Assembly (NCBI GenBank): GCA_015522685.1
Contig: WALU01000035.1
Coordinates: forward strand, 32,001 to 96,000
Direction: 5' to 3'
DNA length: 64,000 bases
Source of the DNA: Thermoproteota archaeon
GTDB lineage: Archaea; Korarchaeota; Korarchaeia; Korarchaeales; Korarchaeaceae
The notes beneath the pieces were generated by a model that saw only the letters and a program-made list of their open reading frames with translations, ran no database searches and was not told the DNA's origin. The translations under genes were made by a program, and so were the position numbers. Below, in pieces: positions 27,860-38,325 of this stretch. Position 1 is the first letter of the stretch, and the number at the start of each line of letters is the position of its first letter.

Positions 27860-28405
27860 TTGAGCATAGCTTGGTATTGCAATATTACATGCGATATCTA
27901 GGCTCTTAACGAAATCTAGAGATTTAGTTCCTTCTATCTCAACGAATTCGCCTAATTTAGATACTTTATCCAAGGAAATCTTCAAATCTAATCCTTTTAC
28001 TCTAATGTTGGTTCTACTTTTCTCTACCACATTTTTCACATTAAATCCTCTCTTCTTTAACTTTGTAAGAAGCTCTTCTTCATTATTTGGACATTTAAAC
28101 TTAAATCCTATTCTGGAGAGTGCTTCAGTACAGCTGTTACTTCCTAGCGGCCCTTCTATCTCCTCTCTGACTTTTTCTCCTTCCGATTCCTTTCTAGAGC
28201 TTTTATATGTAATTAAGGTATGTCCATTAACTCTTCTAATCCTTAAAACTCTATCTGAGATGAGTAATTCACATTTATCATTGTCTAAGTAGAGATCTTG
28301 CTGATATTCCTCATTTATAGTTTCATAGTCTAATCCCTTCATCTTCAGTAGTTCTAAAAAGGTATGATGATCTATTCTAACCTTCACCTCAATTTCTAAG
28401 CCCAA
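27824..28405 (-). CDS. CYTH/triphosphate tunnel metalloenzyme (CyaB-like)
   Basis: EIEVK, QQDLYL, LRIRR, ITYK, REEIE, LD.V..LGEFVEIE; start reassigned to TTG 28405 after GGTGG SD because the track ORF runs into tRNA-Leu. Confidence 0.85.
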   Translation of the reverse strand: MGLEIEVKVRIDHHTFLELLKMKGLDYETINEEYQQDLYLDNDKCELLISDRVLRIRRVNGHTLITYKSSRKESEGEKVREEIEGPLGSNSCTEALSRIGFKFKCPNNEEELLTKLKKRGFNVKNVVEKSRTNIRVKGLDLKISLDKVSKLGEFVEIEGTKSLDFVKSLDIACNIAIPSYAQLTHVLKHRAHT

Positions 28406-28443
28406 GAGACCCACCTTAAATGGAAAAGGCGGCGAAGCCCTAA

Positions 28444-28528
28444 TGCGGGGGGTGGGATTTGAACCCACGCACCCCTAAGGGAGCGGATCTTAAGTCCGCC
28501 GCCTTTGTCCTGGCTCGGCCACCCCCGC
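28444..28528 (-). tRNA. tRNA-Leu(TAA)
   Basis: Reverse complement GCGGGGG...GCGGA-CT TAA GA-TCCGC, long variable arm, TTCAAAT, CCCCCGCA. Confidence 0.95.
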
Positions 28529-28590
28529 TAAATTATGTTTAGCGATACGACTTTTTATAATTTTCCAACCCTTAAATAAGGGGTGCTTAA

Positions 28591-28941
28591 GTGAGCCAGC
28601 AGGTAAGGGTAGCTAGCTCTCCAATAGCAGTTACTGACGATGAAGTATTAGCTCTCGGTTTTGAGATGATAGGGATACCAGCTAGGGTAATAAAGGGAAG
28701 GAGGAATTTACTTAGGTTCTTTAGGGATCACGAGGCTGAGCTACCTCATGTAGTATTTATGAATGAGAGAGTTGCCGATGAGATAGCTGATTACAGACAT
28801 AATCTCCTTAGAAGAAAGAAGATTTATCCAGTATTTGCAATAGTGCCAGATATGGAAGGAGCTAGAGGAACTAGGTTAAAGGAGTTGGCATCCTTGCTTG
28901 CGAAGGTCCTCGGTAGTGAAGAATTGAAGTTTCTTGGGTGA
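28591..28941 (+). CDS. atpF: A/V-type ATP synthase subunit F
   Basis: IAV..D....LGF.MIGI and P....VPD patterns; operon context. Confidence 0.8.
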   Translation: MSQQVRVASSPIAVTDDEVLALGFEMIGIPARVIKGRRNLLRFFRDHEAELPHVVFMNERVADEIADYRHNLLRRKKIYPVFAIVPDMEGARGTRLKELASLLAKVLGSEELKFLG

Positions 28942-29266
28942 GGTAATGCCCAAATTAGTTGAGGCCATTATGGAAGCTGAGAATGAGGCTACTAAAATAA
29001 CCCTGGAAGCTGAGGAGGAAGCTAAGAGAATAATTGAGGAAGCTGAGGAGGAAGCTAAGAGAATAATTGAGGAAGCTAAAAATTCTCCTGTAGAAGCGAA
29101 GCTTCCTAAGAACATAGATAGGGAGGCTCAGGAGATAGTAGAAAGAGCGAAGATGAAAGTGGAGGAATTAAGGGAGAACGCGATGAAGAAAATGAATTTT
29201 CTTGCCAACGAAATAGTTAGAGAGGTGTTGGAAGGTGAGTGGGGAGGAAGTAGTCGACATAGATAA
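28934..29266 (+). CDS. A/V-type ATP synthase subunit H (peripheral stalk)
   Basis: EAEEEAKRII hendecad coiled coil; operon context. Confidence 0.75.
   Translation: MGEVMPKLVEAIMEAENEATKITLEAEEEAKRIIEEAEEEAKRIIEEAKNSPVEAKLPKNIDREAQEIVERAKMKVEELRENAMKKMNFLANEIVREVLEGEWGGSSRHR
29005..29077 (+). repeat. Exact 33-nt tandem duplication (EAEEEAKRIIE) in subunit H
   Basis: GGAAGCTGAGGAGGAAGCTAAGAGAATAATTGA at 29005-29037 and 29038-29070, plus a partial third copy. Confidence 0.92.
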
Positions 29267-29876
29267 GAATTCTGAGACGATCGTTAGGGCCATTTTAAAA
29301 ATGGCGGAGGATAGAGCTCGTGCTATTAGAAAGGAAGCAGAGGAGAGAGCTAATGAGATAATAGGATCAGCAAAGGAAGAGGCAGATATAATCATAAAGG
29401 CAAAAAGAGAACGAATTGAAAGGGAGCTAAGGGAAGAGGTAGCGAGGAAAAGAAGCGCTGCCGAGGTAGAAGCAAACCAACTTATACTAAGAATGAAAAC
29501 AGAGCTATTAAATGAGTTATTTAGGAGAGTCAACCAAAAGCTAGCAGCCATATCTGAAGGTCAAGATCTCAACTGGGAATATAAAGAACTCCTAGCTAAA
29601 TACTCCCTTGAAGGAGCTAAAGCTCTTGAGGAGAAGAGAGTATACCTAATGGGTAGAGAGAATGATAAGAAATTGCTAGAGAGCATCTCTAAAGAGCTTG
29701 GCAAAAGAGATATAGAAGCTTTAGTAAATGATAAGACAATACCAATAATAGGTGGTGTCGTTGTCAGGGACGAAAGAGACATGAGAAGATATTATAACAC
29801 GTTCGATGGGAGATTCGGAGCATATAAGGAGGCCAAGGAGATAGAGATCATCCAAAGATTATTTGGGGAGGCGTAA
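29235..29876 (+). CDS. atpE: A/V-type ATP synthase subunit E
   Basis: N-terminal coiled coil, IIGGVVV...YYNTFDGR C-terminal motif. Confidence 0.88.
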   Translation: MSGEEVVDIDKNSETIVRAILKMAEDRARAIRKEAEERANEIIGSAKEEADIIIKAKRERIERELREEVARKRSAAEVEANQLILRMKTELLNELFRRVNQKLAAISEGQDLNWEYKELLAKYSLEGAKALEEKRVYLMGRENDKKLLESISKELGKRDIEALVNDKTIPIIGGVVVRDERDMRRYYNTFDGRFGAYKEAKEIEIIQRLFGEA

Positions 29877-29878
29877 TT

Positions 29879-31663
29879 TTGTCCGAGCTTATTTATGAGA
29901 AGGGAGTTATTGTCCATATAAAAGGTCCTGTTGTAGAAGCGGATGAGATGAGAGGGGCTAGAATCAGAGAAGTTGTATATGTGGGAGAGGAGAAGCTTAT
30001 AGGAGAGATTGTTAGGATCAAAGGGGATAGAGCAATTATACAAGTTTATGAGCCTACTGGAGGAGTAAAGGCCGGGGAATATGTTGAGAGAACAGGCGAA
30101 CCCTTATCTGCTGAATTAGGTCCTGGATTGTTAGGTTTAGTTCTCGATGGTCTAGGTAGACCGCTGGAGGTAGTTGCAGAGAAGGCAGGAGGCCCTTTTA
30201 TAATTAGGGGTATAAAGGTACCTACCCTTCCAAGAGATAAGAGATGGCATTGGAGTCCAACAGTAAGGGTAGGAGATGGAGTTATAGCAGGAGATGTTCT
30301 AGGAGTAGTTCCAGAAGGATCTATAACTCATAAGGTAATGTTACCACCCAAGATAGAGAAGGCTCGGGTCTTGGAAGTACAACCCGAAGGAGATTATACT
30401 ATAGAGGAACCCATAGCAGTAGTGGAGCATATAGGAGAAAAAAAAGAAGTGAAGATGTATCATAAATGGCCCGTCAGGAATCCAAGACCTTTTAGAGAGA
30501 AGCTAGCTCCCGTTGAACTTTTAGTTACAGGTCAGAGAGTCATAGATACATTCTTCCCGATAGTAAAGGGTGGGGCTTCGGCAGTACCTGGAGGATTTGG
30601 TACAGGAAAGACCGTTGCACTCTATCAAATCTCCAAGTGGGCAGATGCCGATGTCGTTGTTTACGTCGGATGCGGCGAGAGAGGCAATGAGATAACTTAT
30701 TTGCTTCATACATTCCCCGAGCTCATTGATCCCAAGAGCGGCAGGCCTCTCTTAGAGAGGAGCATTCTGATAGCTAATACTAGCAACATGCCAGTACCAG
30801 CAAGGGAGGCAAGTATCTTCATGGGGATAACTTACGCCGAGTATTATAGAGATATGGGACTCAACGTTGTACTTACTGCCGATTCCACCTCGAGATGGGC
30901 TGAGGCACTAAGGGAGCTTAGCTCTAGGCTTGAAGAAATTCCTTCTGAAAGAGGATATCCCGCATATCTTCCAGATTACATAGCGTCCTTCTATGAGAGA
31001 GCCGGTAGGGTAAAGGTGATGGGAAACAGGGATGAGCTAGGATCTGTAGCCGTGATAGGAGCAGTAAGTCCCTCTGGTGGAGACCTAAATGAGCCAGTTA
31101 CTCAGCATACAATGAGATTCGTCGGTGCTTTCTGGGCGTTGGATAAAGAACTCGCATTTAAGAGGCATTTTCCATCTATAAATTGGCTGAGAAGTTTCTC
31201 GAAGTATGCTGGAGGATTAAAGGAGTGGTGGATAAAGAACTCAGGATATGACATGATGTCCTATAGAGATAAGGCCATAGCCTTACTTCAGAGATCATCT
31301 AGTTTAGAGGAAGTTGCTAGAGTTGTTGGAGAGGCAGCTCTTTCCGATGAGAATAGATTGATTCTCTTATCTGCAGAACTGATAAAGGAGAGTTTCCTAG
31401 TACAAAATGCCTATCACGATATTGACTCTTACTGCTCACCAGAGAAGCAAGCTCTTCTATTAAGAACTTTATTGGAGTTCTATGATAGAGCCAAGCCCAT
31501 GATTGATGCTGGAGTACCTATGTCGGAGATTTCTGAGATGAAATCTTTAGGTGATCTAAGGAGATTAAAGTTCGTCCCAGAGGAAAAGTTCAAGGATACA
31601 GCAAAGGAGGTTATATCCCAGTTAGAGACCGAAATATCCTCCTTAATTGCTAAGGTGGGGTAA
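29879..31663 (+). CDS. atpA: A/V-type ATP synthase subunit A
   Basis: [41 protein letters not shown]; no intein. Confidence 0.96.
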   Translation: MSELIYEKGVIVHIKGPVVEADEMRGARIREVVYVGEEKLIGEIVRIKGDRAIIQVYEPTGGVKAGEYVERTGEPLSAELGPGLLGLVLDGLGRPLEVVAEKAGGPFIIRGIKVPTLPRDKRWHWSPTVRVGDGVIAGDVLGVVPEGSITHKVMLPPKIEKARVLEVQPEGDYTIEEPIAVVEHIGEKKEVKMYHKWPVRNPRPFREKLAPVELLVTGQRVIDTFFPIVKGGASAVPGGFGTGKTVALYQISKWADADVVVYVGCGERGNEITYLLHTFPELIDPKSGRPLLERSILIANTSNMPVPAREASIFMGITYAEYYRDMGLNVVLTADSTSRWAEALRELSSRLEEIPSERGYPAYLPDYIASFYERAGRVKVMGNRDELGSVAVIGAVSPSGGDLNEPVTQHTMRFVGAFWALDKELAFKRHFPSINWLRSFSKYAGGLKEWWIKNSGYDMMSYRDKAIALLQRSSSLEEVARVVGEAALSDENRLILLSAELIKESFLVQNAYHDIDSYCSPEKQALLLRTLLEFYDRAKPMIDAGVPMSEISEMKSLGDLRRLKFVPEEKFKDTAKEVISQLETEISSLIAKVG

Positions 31664-31664
31664 T

Positions 31665-33071
31665 ATGTCTATATATGGTCTCGTTTATAAGGATGTTGAT
31701 CAAGTTAAAGGCCCTTTGGTCATAATGAGGGGCGTTCCAGGGGTAGCTTACGAGGAAGCGGTTAGGATATACTCTGAAAGTGGAAGGGAATGGTTTGGGC
31801 GAGTGCTTGAGGCTGGAAGGGATAAGATAGTTATACAAGTACTTGGAGATACCGAGGGTTTAGACTCCAATGCTATGGTGAAGTTCACAGGTTCTACTTT
31901 GAAAATGCCTGTATCCGATGAGATGTTGGGTAGGGTTTTCAACGGAGCTGGCGAACCCATTGATGGAGGCCCTAGGATAAGAGCTGATGATTACAGAGAC
32001 ATTAATGGAGCTCCAATAAATCCTGCTAAGAGGGACTATCCTGATGAGTTTATAGAGACAGGTCTTTCTTCCATAGATGGAATGCTCAGCCTAATTAGAG
32101 GACAGAAGTTACCTATATTCTCGGAATCTGGTCTACCTCACAACGAAGTTGCTGCTCAAATTGCTAGACAGGTAGTAGTGCCAGGTAAAGCAGAGAGATT
32201 TTCTATAGTCTTTGCAGCTATTGGTTTGAAGTATGATGATGTCTTGTTCTTTAGAAGGCAGTTTGAGGAGTTCGGAGCACTTAGCAGATCTGTATTGTTC
32301 TTGAATTTAGCAGATGACCCTGTAATAGAAAGAATTACTACTCCAAGAGTTGCTTTAACTGCAGCGGAGTACTTAGCTTTCGATTTAGGTATGGATGTCT
32401 TAGTTATAATAACCGATATGACCAACTACTGCGAGGCATTAAGGGAGCTTAGTTCTGCTAGGGAAGAGGTTCCAAGTAGAAAAGGATACCCAGGGTATAT
32501 GTATAGCGATTTAGCAAGTATTTATGAGAGAGCTGGTAGAATCATAGGTAGGCCTGGATCAATAACATTCATGCCCATATTAACCATGCCTGGGGGAGAC
32601 CTAACACATCCAATTCCAGACTTAACTGGCTATATCACGGAAGGGCAAATCTTCTTGGATCTAGATCTATACAATAGAGGTATATATCCACCCATAAATG
32701 TGTTACCCAGCCTCAGTAGGTTGATGAAGGACGGTATAGGTCAAGGTAAGACGAGAGAAGACCATAAAGAAGTATCTGATCAGTTATATGCTGCATATAG
32801 CCAAGGTACGAAAGCTAGAGAGCTGGTACAGATAGTAGGGGAAGCTGGATTGAGCCCGAGGGAGAAGCTTTACCTTAAATTTGCTAGGAGATTTGAGAAT
32901 GAATTTGTAGCTCAAGGGTTCAGAGAGAGAAGAAGCATAGAGGAAACTTTAGATATAGCTTGGAATATACTGTCCATCCTACCCGAGTCGGAATTCACGA
33001 GGATAAGTGAGAAAACGCTGGATAAGTATCATCCCAAGAAGAGAGCTGAAGCTAAGATAAAGGGTGAGTAA
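31665..33071 (+). CDS. atpB: A/V-type ATP synthase subunit B
   Basis: [52 protein letters not shown]. Confidence 0.96.
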   Translation: MSIYGLVYKDVDQVKGPLVIMRGVPGVAYEEAVRIYSESGREWFGRVLEAGRDKIVIQVLGDTEGLDSNAMVKFTGSTLKMPVSDEMLGRVFNGAGEPIDGGPRIRADDYRDINGAPINPAKRDYPDEFIETGLSSIDGMLSLIRGQKLPIFSESGLPHNEVAAQIARQVVVPGKAERFSIVFAAIGLKYDDVLFFRRQFEEFGALSRSVLFLNLADDPVIERITTPRVALTAAEYLAFDLGMDVLVIITDMTNYCEALRELSSAREEVPSRKGYPGYMYSDLASIYERAGRIIGRPGSITFMPILTMPGGDLTHPIPDLTGYITEGQIFLDLDLYNRGIYPPINVLPSLSRLMKDGIGQGKTREDHKEVSDQLYAAYSQGTKARELVQIVGEAGLSPREKLYLKFARRFENEFVAQGFRERRSIEETLDIAWNILSILPESEFTRISEKTLDKYHPKKRAEAKIKGE

Positions 33072-33690
33072 GGTGAGCTTCCGTTCAGTAGGGAGGATCC
33101 TCCCCACTAAAGGTTTTTTGATAAGATTAAGAGAAAGGACCCATTTATTGAGATCAGGAGTAGATGCTCTTAAGATGAAGAGAGATCAGTTAATTAAAGA
33201 AAGCCAGAGCCTCCTCTCAGACCTCAAGAAAAGATCCGGTACTGAAAAGAAGTTGGAGAAGGCATATAGAATGCTTAGACTAGCATACGCTGCGGCTGGC
33301 CCGGATGAAATGAGAAAGTCCTCTCTTTTAACAATGCCTCTATTAACAGAGATAAAAGTTAGGAGTATTATTGGCGTGGAGATCCCAGAGATATCGACAA
33401 GGGAATTCGAATTAGCGACTTCTCCTTCGCTTAACGCTGTTGTTATAGCAGCGGCTAGGAAGTTCTCTGAGGCTATAAAGGAGATTATGCCTCTTATTAA
33501 CTCTGAGGCTAAATTTGAGAGAATAGCTGAAGCCTTGGCAGATACCATAAGAAAGGTAAATGCACTAGAAAAGATAATAGTCCCTGATCATGAGGCTGCT
33601 ATTAAGTACATAGAGGAAGCATTAGAGGAAGACACCCTTGAGGAGTTCCTTAGAGTGAAGGAGTATAGGCAGATAAAGGAAGGAGAGTGA
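33064..33690 (+). CDS. atpD: A/V-type ATP synthase subunit D
   Basis: [23 protein letters not shown]. Confidence 0.93.
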   Translation: MSKVSFRSVGRILPTKGFLIRLRERTHLLRSGVDALKMKRDQLIKESQSLLSDLKKRSGTEKKLEKAYRMLRLAYAAAGPDEMRKSSLLTMPLLTEIKVRSIIGVEIPEISTREFELATSPSLNAVVIAAARKFSEAIKEIMPLINSEAKFERIAEALADTIRKVNALEKIIVPDHEAAIKYIEEALEEDTLEEFLRVKEYRQIKEGE

Positions 33691-34736
33691 AGGTAGTGTT
33701 AAAAGACCCAAAAGAGAAGTACCTAGTAGTTAGGACCCATGGGCTTGCCTCTCATTTGATAGATCCCAATGAGATAAGATCTTGGGCCTTTATAGAGAAT
33801 GAAAAGACTCTTTTTGACAAACTATCCCCCACAGAGTATGCAGGTTTCTTTGAAGGACCAGAAGACCTTCTAGATGTTATGAAGATAGAAGAGGCCTCTA
33901 TAGGAGTTAATTCGATAAGAGCAAGGCGGATTATATCTTTGCTTAGAGGAACCAGGGTAGAGAATCTAGTATTGACCTTCATGAGTAAGTATGATCTAGA
34001 GAATTTAAGAAGGATAATTTTTTTGTTACTCTATGGGAGAAAGGAAAAATTAAGGCTCTTACCAATTAGATTTGGTACTTTGGATATTGATAGGCTATCT
34101 AAAGTTCAAAATTTCGAGAATCTCGTAGACATGATAGATAATAGAAAAGTGAGAGATTTAATCTCTTCATGGCTATCTAGTGAGAGAGAAGCTGCAGAAC
34201 TTGATCTACTGGTTGATAGATATTACTTAGATAAAATGTTCGGGCATTTAAAGGAATTAAAAGTAGGGAAGCAATCTCCAATATACCAGCTGGTTTGTTC
34301 ATATGCCGAGAACTATTTTCTTAGAATAATGCTGAAGTCAAAGTATCTTAGGATAGATAAGAGCATAATCTCTAGGGCATTTACTAGGCTTCCCTTTAGA
34401 AGAATTATGTTCATATATGAAAAGACGGAGGATTTAAACGATTTTCTAGATGAGCTTGTGAATTTATCTCCCTATAGACTGGTTTCTATCGAGATAAAAA
34501 ATGCTATAAAGGATGTAGGTGAGCCTTGGGTTATAGAGCATGCTATAGAGAAGAAAACTTACTCAGATGCCCTCAGGATATCACTTAGAGGATCTATGAC
34601 CATTGCATACGTACTAATGTATTTAATAGCATCTGAGTGGGAATCTCAAAGTATAAAGACCGTATTATTAGGCAGGATGAGCGGTGTAAATCCTGAAGTA
34701 TTATATGATTTGCTTTCTCCTCCCTCTCCTTCTTAA
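33687..34736 (+). CDS. atpC: A/V-type ATP synthase subunit C (AC39-like)
   Basis: YL..R.HGL..HL, YDLENL, YL...EWE C-subunit patterns; operon context. Confidence 0.8.
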   Translation: MKVVLKDPKEKYLVVRTHGLASHLIDPNEIRSWAFIENEKTLFDKLSPTEYAGFFEGPEDLLDVMKIEEASIGVNSIRARRIISLLRGTRVENLVLTFMSKYDLENLRRIIFLLLYGRKEKLRLLPIRFGTLDIDRLSKVQNFENLVDMIDNRKVRDLISSWLSSEREAAELDLLVDRYYLDKMFGHLKELKVGKQSPIYQLVCSYAENYFLRIMLKSKYLRIDKSIISRAFTRLPFRRIMFIYEKTEDLNDFLDELVNLSPYRLVSIEIKNAIKDVGEPWVIEHAIEKKTYSDALRISLRGSMTIAYVLMYLIASEWESQSIKTVLLGRMSGVNPEVLYDLLSPPSPS

Positions 34737-34838
34737 TATAACCTATATTTTATCTCTTTATATTCCTGCTATTCACTTCTTTTTCTTACCAGCAGTAATA
34801 AGTTATTAAATGCGAGATTTTACCTAAAATAGAGGAAT

Positions 34839-34857
34839 AAGGAGAATTCTTCTCCTT
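34839..34857. terminator. Hairpin between the convergent ATPase operons
   Basis: AAGGAGAA-TTC-TTCTCCTT 8-bp inverted repeat next to the subunit K stop; T-rich tracts at 34745-34790. Confidence 0.45.
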
Positions 34858-35180
34858 TATATTATCAGGAATGCCACCAGCAGTCCATATACTGCAACTC
34901 CCTCAGCAAGACCTCCTAATATGAGGACCTGTGTGAATGCATTCGGATTTTCAGCTAACAGCGCACTTCCACCAATGGCAACTCCATATAGTCCTATCCC
35001 AGCTCCTATAGTGCTGCCCAATACTGCGAGAGCAGCTCCAACATACCTAAGCCCCCCTCCTGCCGGCACAGCATTTCCCGATGATGCAGCAGACACAGTC
35101 ATTATAGATAGAGGAAGTAGCAATAGAGGAAGACCTAGAATTAGGTAGGTGAGCAATTTCTTAGTCCTCAGGCTCATCAT
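34857..35180 (-). CDS. atpK: A/V-type ATP synthase proteolipid subunit K (c) with signal-peptide-like N-terminus
   Basis: GAGIG..G..G hairpin, LAEGVAVYGL ion-binding Glu; leader ending TVSAA. Confidence 0.92.
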   Translation of the reverse strand: MMSLRTKKLLTYLILGLPLLLLPLSIMTVSAASSGNAVPAGGGLRYVGAALAVLGSTIGAGIGLYGVAIGGSALLAENPNAFTQVLILGGLAEGVAVYGLLVAFLII

Positions 35181-35258
35181 ACAACCACCCATGATATTCC
35201 AAGAATATCTTAGAGACCTTTAGTTAGTAGAATAAGATTAATAAAAAGTTGCCATTCT

Positions 35259-36890
35259 TCAAGAGAAGGTAGGCCCTAGAAGCTCAGATACTCTCTTGAA
35301 CGGCCTACCTGATGCCCTATAGAATTTCGTGAAGAACTCATAGAATGTTAGCCTAGTGGCTTGAATGAATGAAAGTAACCCTTCTAGTCCCATGACAGCT
35401 ATATTTATGAATATGAAAGATCCTAGAGCTATAGGAGATAGGAGAAAGCTTATGTTACTCAGATTAAATATCTCTTGACCAGCTATTAGCTGAGCTGCGA
35501 GTACTCCAAATACCTCATGTATAACAGCAAATGCAGCAAGCCTTACATAGGAAAGAGAATTGCTGAGTAAAGCCAGTGTACCCTCCAAAGCTACCGCTAT
35601 AAGTTCTGACATACCTTCTCCGATGCCATGCCCCTCCTTTACAGATTTGTATATGGGGGAGACCATTGTTATCAGGAGGAATATTCCCATTGAGAGGAAC
35701 AGCGGATCTTTTGCGATGAGGTTTAGTTGAGCTCTATCCCAAGTTACTGCAAGTACAGCACCAAAGTACATTATGACTGTAAATAATCCTTTATACTCAA
35801 AGATTGCTGCAAACAAGTCTCCTTCGATGAACTTATTTATTGTATTTACAATGAAGCCCACTTCCATTTCTAGAGCGCCAAAGAGGAGTGAAATTACTAT
35901 AAGCTGTACTATATTATATAAGGGGCTTATTATAGGCTTTAACACTTCAATGAAGAAGAACATACCATATAAGTACCCAAAGAACATCGATGCAATTCCA
36001 GAATAGATTAACAATCCACCTAGATCCTTCATACTTCCTCTAAATTTCTTATAGAGGTAAACTCCCAATAGAAGCGTTGATAGACCATGTCCCATGTCAC
36101 CAAACATCATACCAAACATTAAGGGGAAGAATATTGCTGTGAGAATTGTAGGATCTAGTTCGAATATCGATGGAATCCCGTACAGTTTATGTGTTAACAG
36201 AGTTACCGGTTTTATTACATTAGGCATTTTAGTCTTAGAAGGAGCTTTACTCCCCTCTCCAGCTTCTTCAAATTCTATAGCAGTATATTTCCCAAGGTTA
36301 TCTCTCAAAGCTTTATCTAGATCTCCTCTCTTCTTTTGAGGGACCCATCCGGATATTACAGCTGCTTCCTTTCCTACGTAGGTCATAGTTTTAATTTTCT
36401 GAGCTAATGCCTTTGGTTTTAGCTTTAATGCCAATAATATGAGGGCATGCATCTTCTCTTTTATGCTACTAAGAGATCTTTCCAGCTCATCTTTTAATCT
36501 CAGAAATTCTTCTTTCTTGCTCAAACCTTTTAACTTCTCTATTTCTCTTTCAATGGAGAGATATCTCCCTATAAGATCATCTAGTTCTAATATCAGCTTT
36601 TTATAATTTTCATTTAGCGATATCCCTCCTGATTGCGATTTTACCAACATCTCTTCCATAGAGATTCCTGTTAGAGAACTTGCCCTCTCTAAGGCTCTTA
36701 CAATATCTTTATATGCCTCTAGCTCAGGTGTCTCAATTCCCTCAGGAGGTTTAACGCCAGGTAGTCCTTCAGGTGGTTCTAGATGTATATCATCAAACTC
36801 TATTAGAGCTTTAGCCATGCTGTCTGTATATGGTTTAATCGTGTAAGCATAAAACCGGGCTACCTTCTCAGGTTTAAGCATATAGGTCAC
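35259..36890 (-). CDS. atpI: A/V-type ATP synthase subunit I (a)
   Basis: ISGWVP, YGIP...ELDPT, FGMMFGD.GHG, SNSLSYVRLAA, IQATRL.FYEFFTKFY. Confidence 0.94.
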   Translation of the reverse strand: MTYMLKPEKVARFYAYTIKPYTDSMAKALIEFDDIHLEPPEGLPGVKPPEGIETPELEAYKDIVRALERASSLTGISMEEMLVKSQSGGISLNENYKKLILELDDLIGRYLSIEREIEKLKGLSKKEEFLRLKDELERSLSSIKEKMHALILLALKLKPKALAQKIKTMTYVGKEAAVISGWVPQKKRGDLDKALRDNLGKYTAIEFEEAGEGSKAPSKTKMPNVIKPVTLLTHKLYGIPSIFELDPTILTAIFFPLMFGMMFGDMGHGLSTLLLGVYLYKKFRGSMKDLGGLLIYSGIASMFFGYLYGMFFFIEVLKPIISPLYNIVQLIVISLLFGALEMEVGFIVNTINKFIEGDLFAAIFEYKGLFTVIMYFGAVLAVTWDRAQLNLIAKDPLFLSMGIFLLITMVSPIYKSVKEGHGIGEGMSELIAVALEGTLALLSNSLSYVRLAAFAVIHEVFGVLAAQLIAGQEIFNLSNISFLLSPIALGSFIFINIAVMGLEGLLSFIQATRLTFYEFFTKFYRASGRPFKRVSELLGPTFS

Positions 36891-36960
36891 CTTTTTGATG
36901 TTCGTTATATTTACCTCGGTTTATTAAAAATGATTGCAGTCATTGATAAGCGAAAGTATC

Positions 36961-38325
36961 ATGAGGCTTCTAATATCTATGGGTACTAGACCAGAGATTA
37001 TAAAGATGGCTCCCGTTTATGAAGCTTTAAGCCGAATTAGGGATGCAGATCTGCTGCTAGTCCACACAGGCCAGCATTATAACCAGGAAATGAGCGATAT
37101 ATTCTTCTCCGAGCTTGGTATCAGAGAGCCAGATATTAACTTAGGTATTGGATCGGGAAGCCAAATAATACAGACGTCTAGTATCATAAAGGAGATTGGG
37201 AGTGTGATTGAGAATTATGAGCCAGAAGCAACTATAGCAGTTGGAGATACTAACTCTGTCTTAGGAACAGCTATAGCTTCATCAAAGCTCGAAGTACCGT
37301 TCATCCACATTGAATCTGGTTTGAGAAGCTACGATTTCACTATGCCAGAGGAAATTAATAGGAGGATCTCCGATCATTTAGCTTCCCTTAATTTCTCACC
37401 TACGGTCAGATCCTTTTCAAACCTAGCGGAGGAAGGATATCCTCCTAGAAGGATCGTGCTTAGCGGAAACACGATAGTCGATGTCGTTAGGAGAACGATG
37501 AGTTTGATCCAGAAGTCCTCCATCATTAAGGATCTAGGAATAGATGAAAGCGAGCCTATTATGACCGTGACAGTACACCGCAAGGAGAACACTGATTATG
37601 AGCATAGAATGCTAGGCATAGTGAAGGCTTTAGAGGAGCTAAATGAGCTAACTATAGTCTGGCCTATGCATCCTAGAACCCTAAGGAAGTTAAAAGAATT
37701 TAATATGCTAAGCAAATTGAAATCGATGGATCACTTGCTTCTCACAGAACCTTTAGGATATATAGAGTTCCTAAAGTTACTTCTATCTTCTGATGTAATA
37801 GCTACTGATTCGGGAGGTGTCCAGGAAGAATCCGCTACATTAAAAAAACCCTGTGTTATACTCAGGGATAATACAGAGAGGCCTGAGCTAGTGGAGATGG
37901 GATTCGGTAAAATAACTGGTATCAACCCCTCAGCTATAGTATCGGCTGTGAGAGATTTCTTATACCGAGAAGGATTGAGAGAGAAGCTGGAGAGCTTACC
38001 TAACCCATTCGGTGATGGAAGAGCAGCAGTACTTATTGTAGATATTCTAAGAAGGATCTGGGATCTAAGAAATTTGAAGCAGGAATCTCCACGATTCAAG
38101 GGTGGATCTCCTCACTATGTATCGATTAGAGTATCAGGAAAGATAGCTGAAATGACAGTATCTAGGCTTAAGGAAGCGACTGGATATGATGTTATAACAA
38201 TATATGATGCTACGGGAAGATCTATAGCCTTTGACCCATCTACACCACTGGTGAAGGGAGAGATAATCAGGTTAAGGGGTGATCCATATAATTTCGACAA
38301 GTTAAGGAGATTAATTAAGGGGTGA
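36961..38325 (+). CDS. wecB: UDP-GlcNAc 2-epimerase (non-hydrolysing) with C-terminal RCK_C/TrkA-C-like extension
   Basis: GTRPEIIKMAP, HTGQHY, GDTNS, HIESGLRS, MPEEINR, TDSGGVQEE, RDNTERPE, NPFGDG, followed by about 80 extra residues. Confidence 0.92.
   Translation: MRLLISMGTRPEIIKMAPVYEALSRIRDADLLLVHTGQHYNQEMSDIFFSELGIREPDINLGIGSGSQIIQTSSIIKEIGSVIENYEPEATIAVGDTNSVLGTAIASSKLEVPFIHIESGLRSYDFTMPEEINRRISDHLASLNFSPTVRSFSNLAEEGYPPRRIVLSGNTIVDVVRRTMSLIQKSSIIKDLGIDESEPIMTVTVHRKENTDYEHRMLGIVKALEELNELTIVWPMHPRTLRKLKEFNMLSKLKSMDHLLLTEPLGYIEFLKLLLSSDVIATDSGGVQEESATLKKPCVILRDNTERPELVEMGFGKITGINPSAIVSAVRDFLYREGLREKLESLPNPFGDGRAAVLIVDILRRIWDLRNLKQESPRFKGGSPHYVSIRVSGKIAEMTVSRLKEATGYDVITIYDATGRSIAFDPSTPLVKGEIIRLRGDPYNFDKLRRLIKG

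Noticed and set aside
27824-28405. CYTH protein as a cAMP or c-di-AMP source for the RCK_C fusion
   Set aside because: Characterised archaeal CYTH proteins are mainly triphosphatases, and c-di-AMP requires a DAC domain, which is not seen here.
28406-28468. N-terminal extension of the CYTH ORF
   Set aside because: Overlaps tRNA-Leu; an SD-preceded TTG at 28405 precedes the EIEVK motif.
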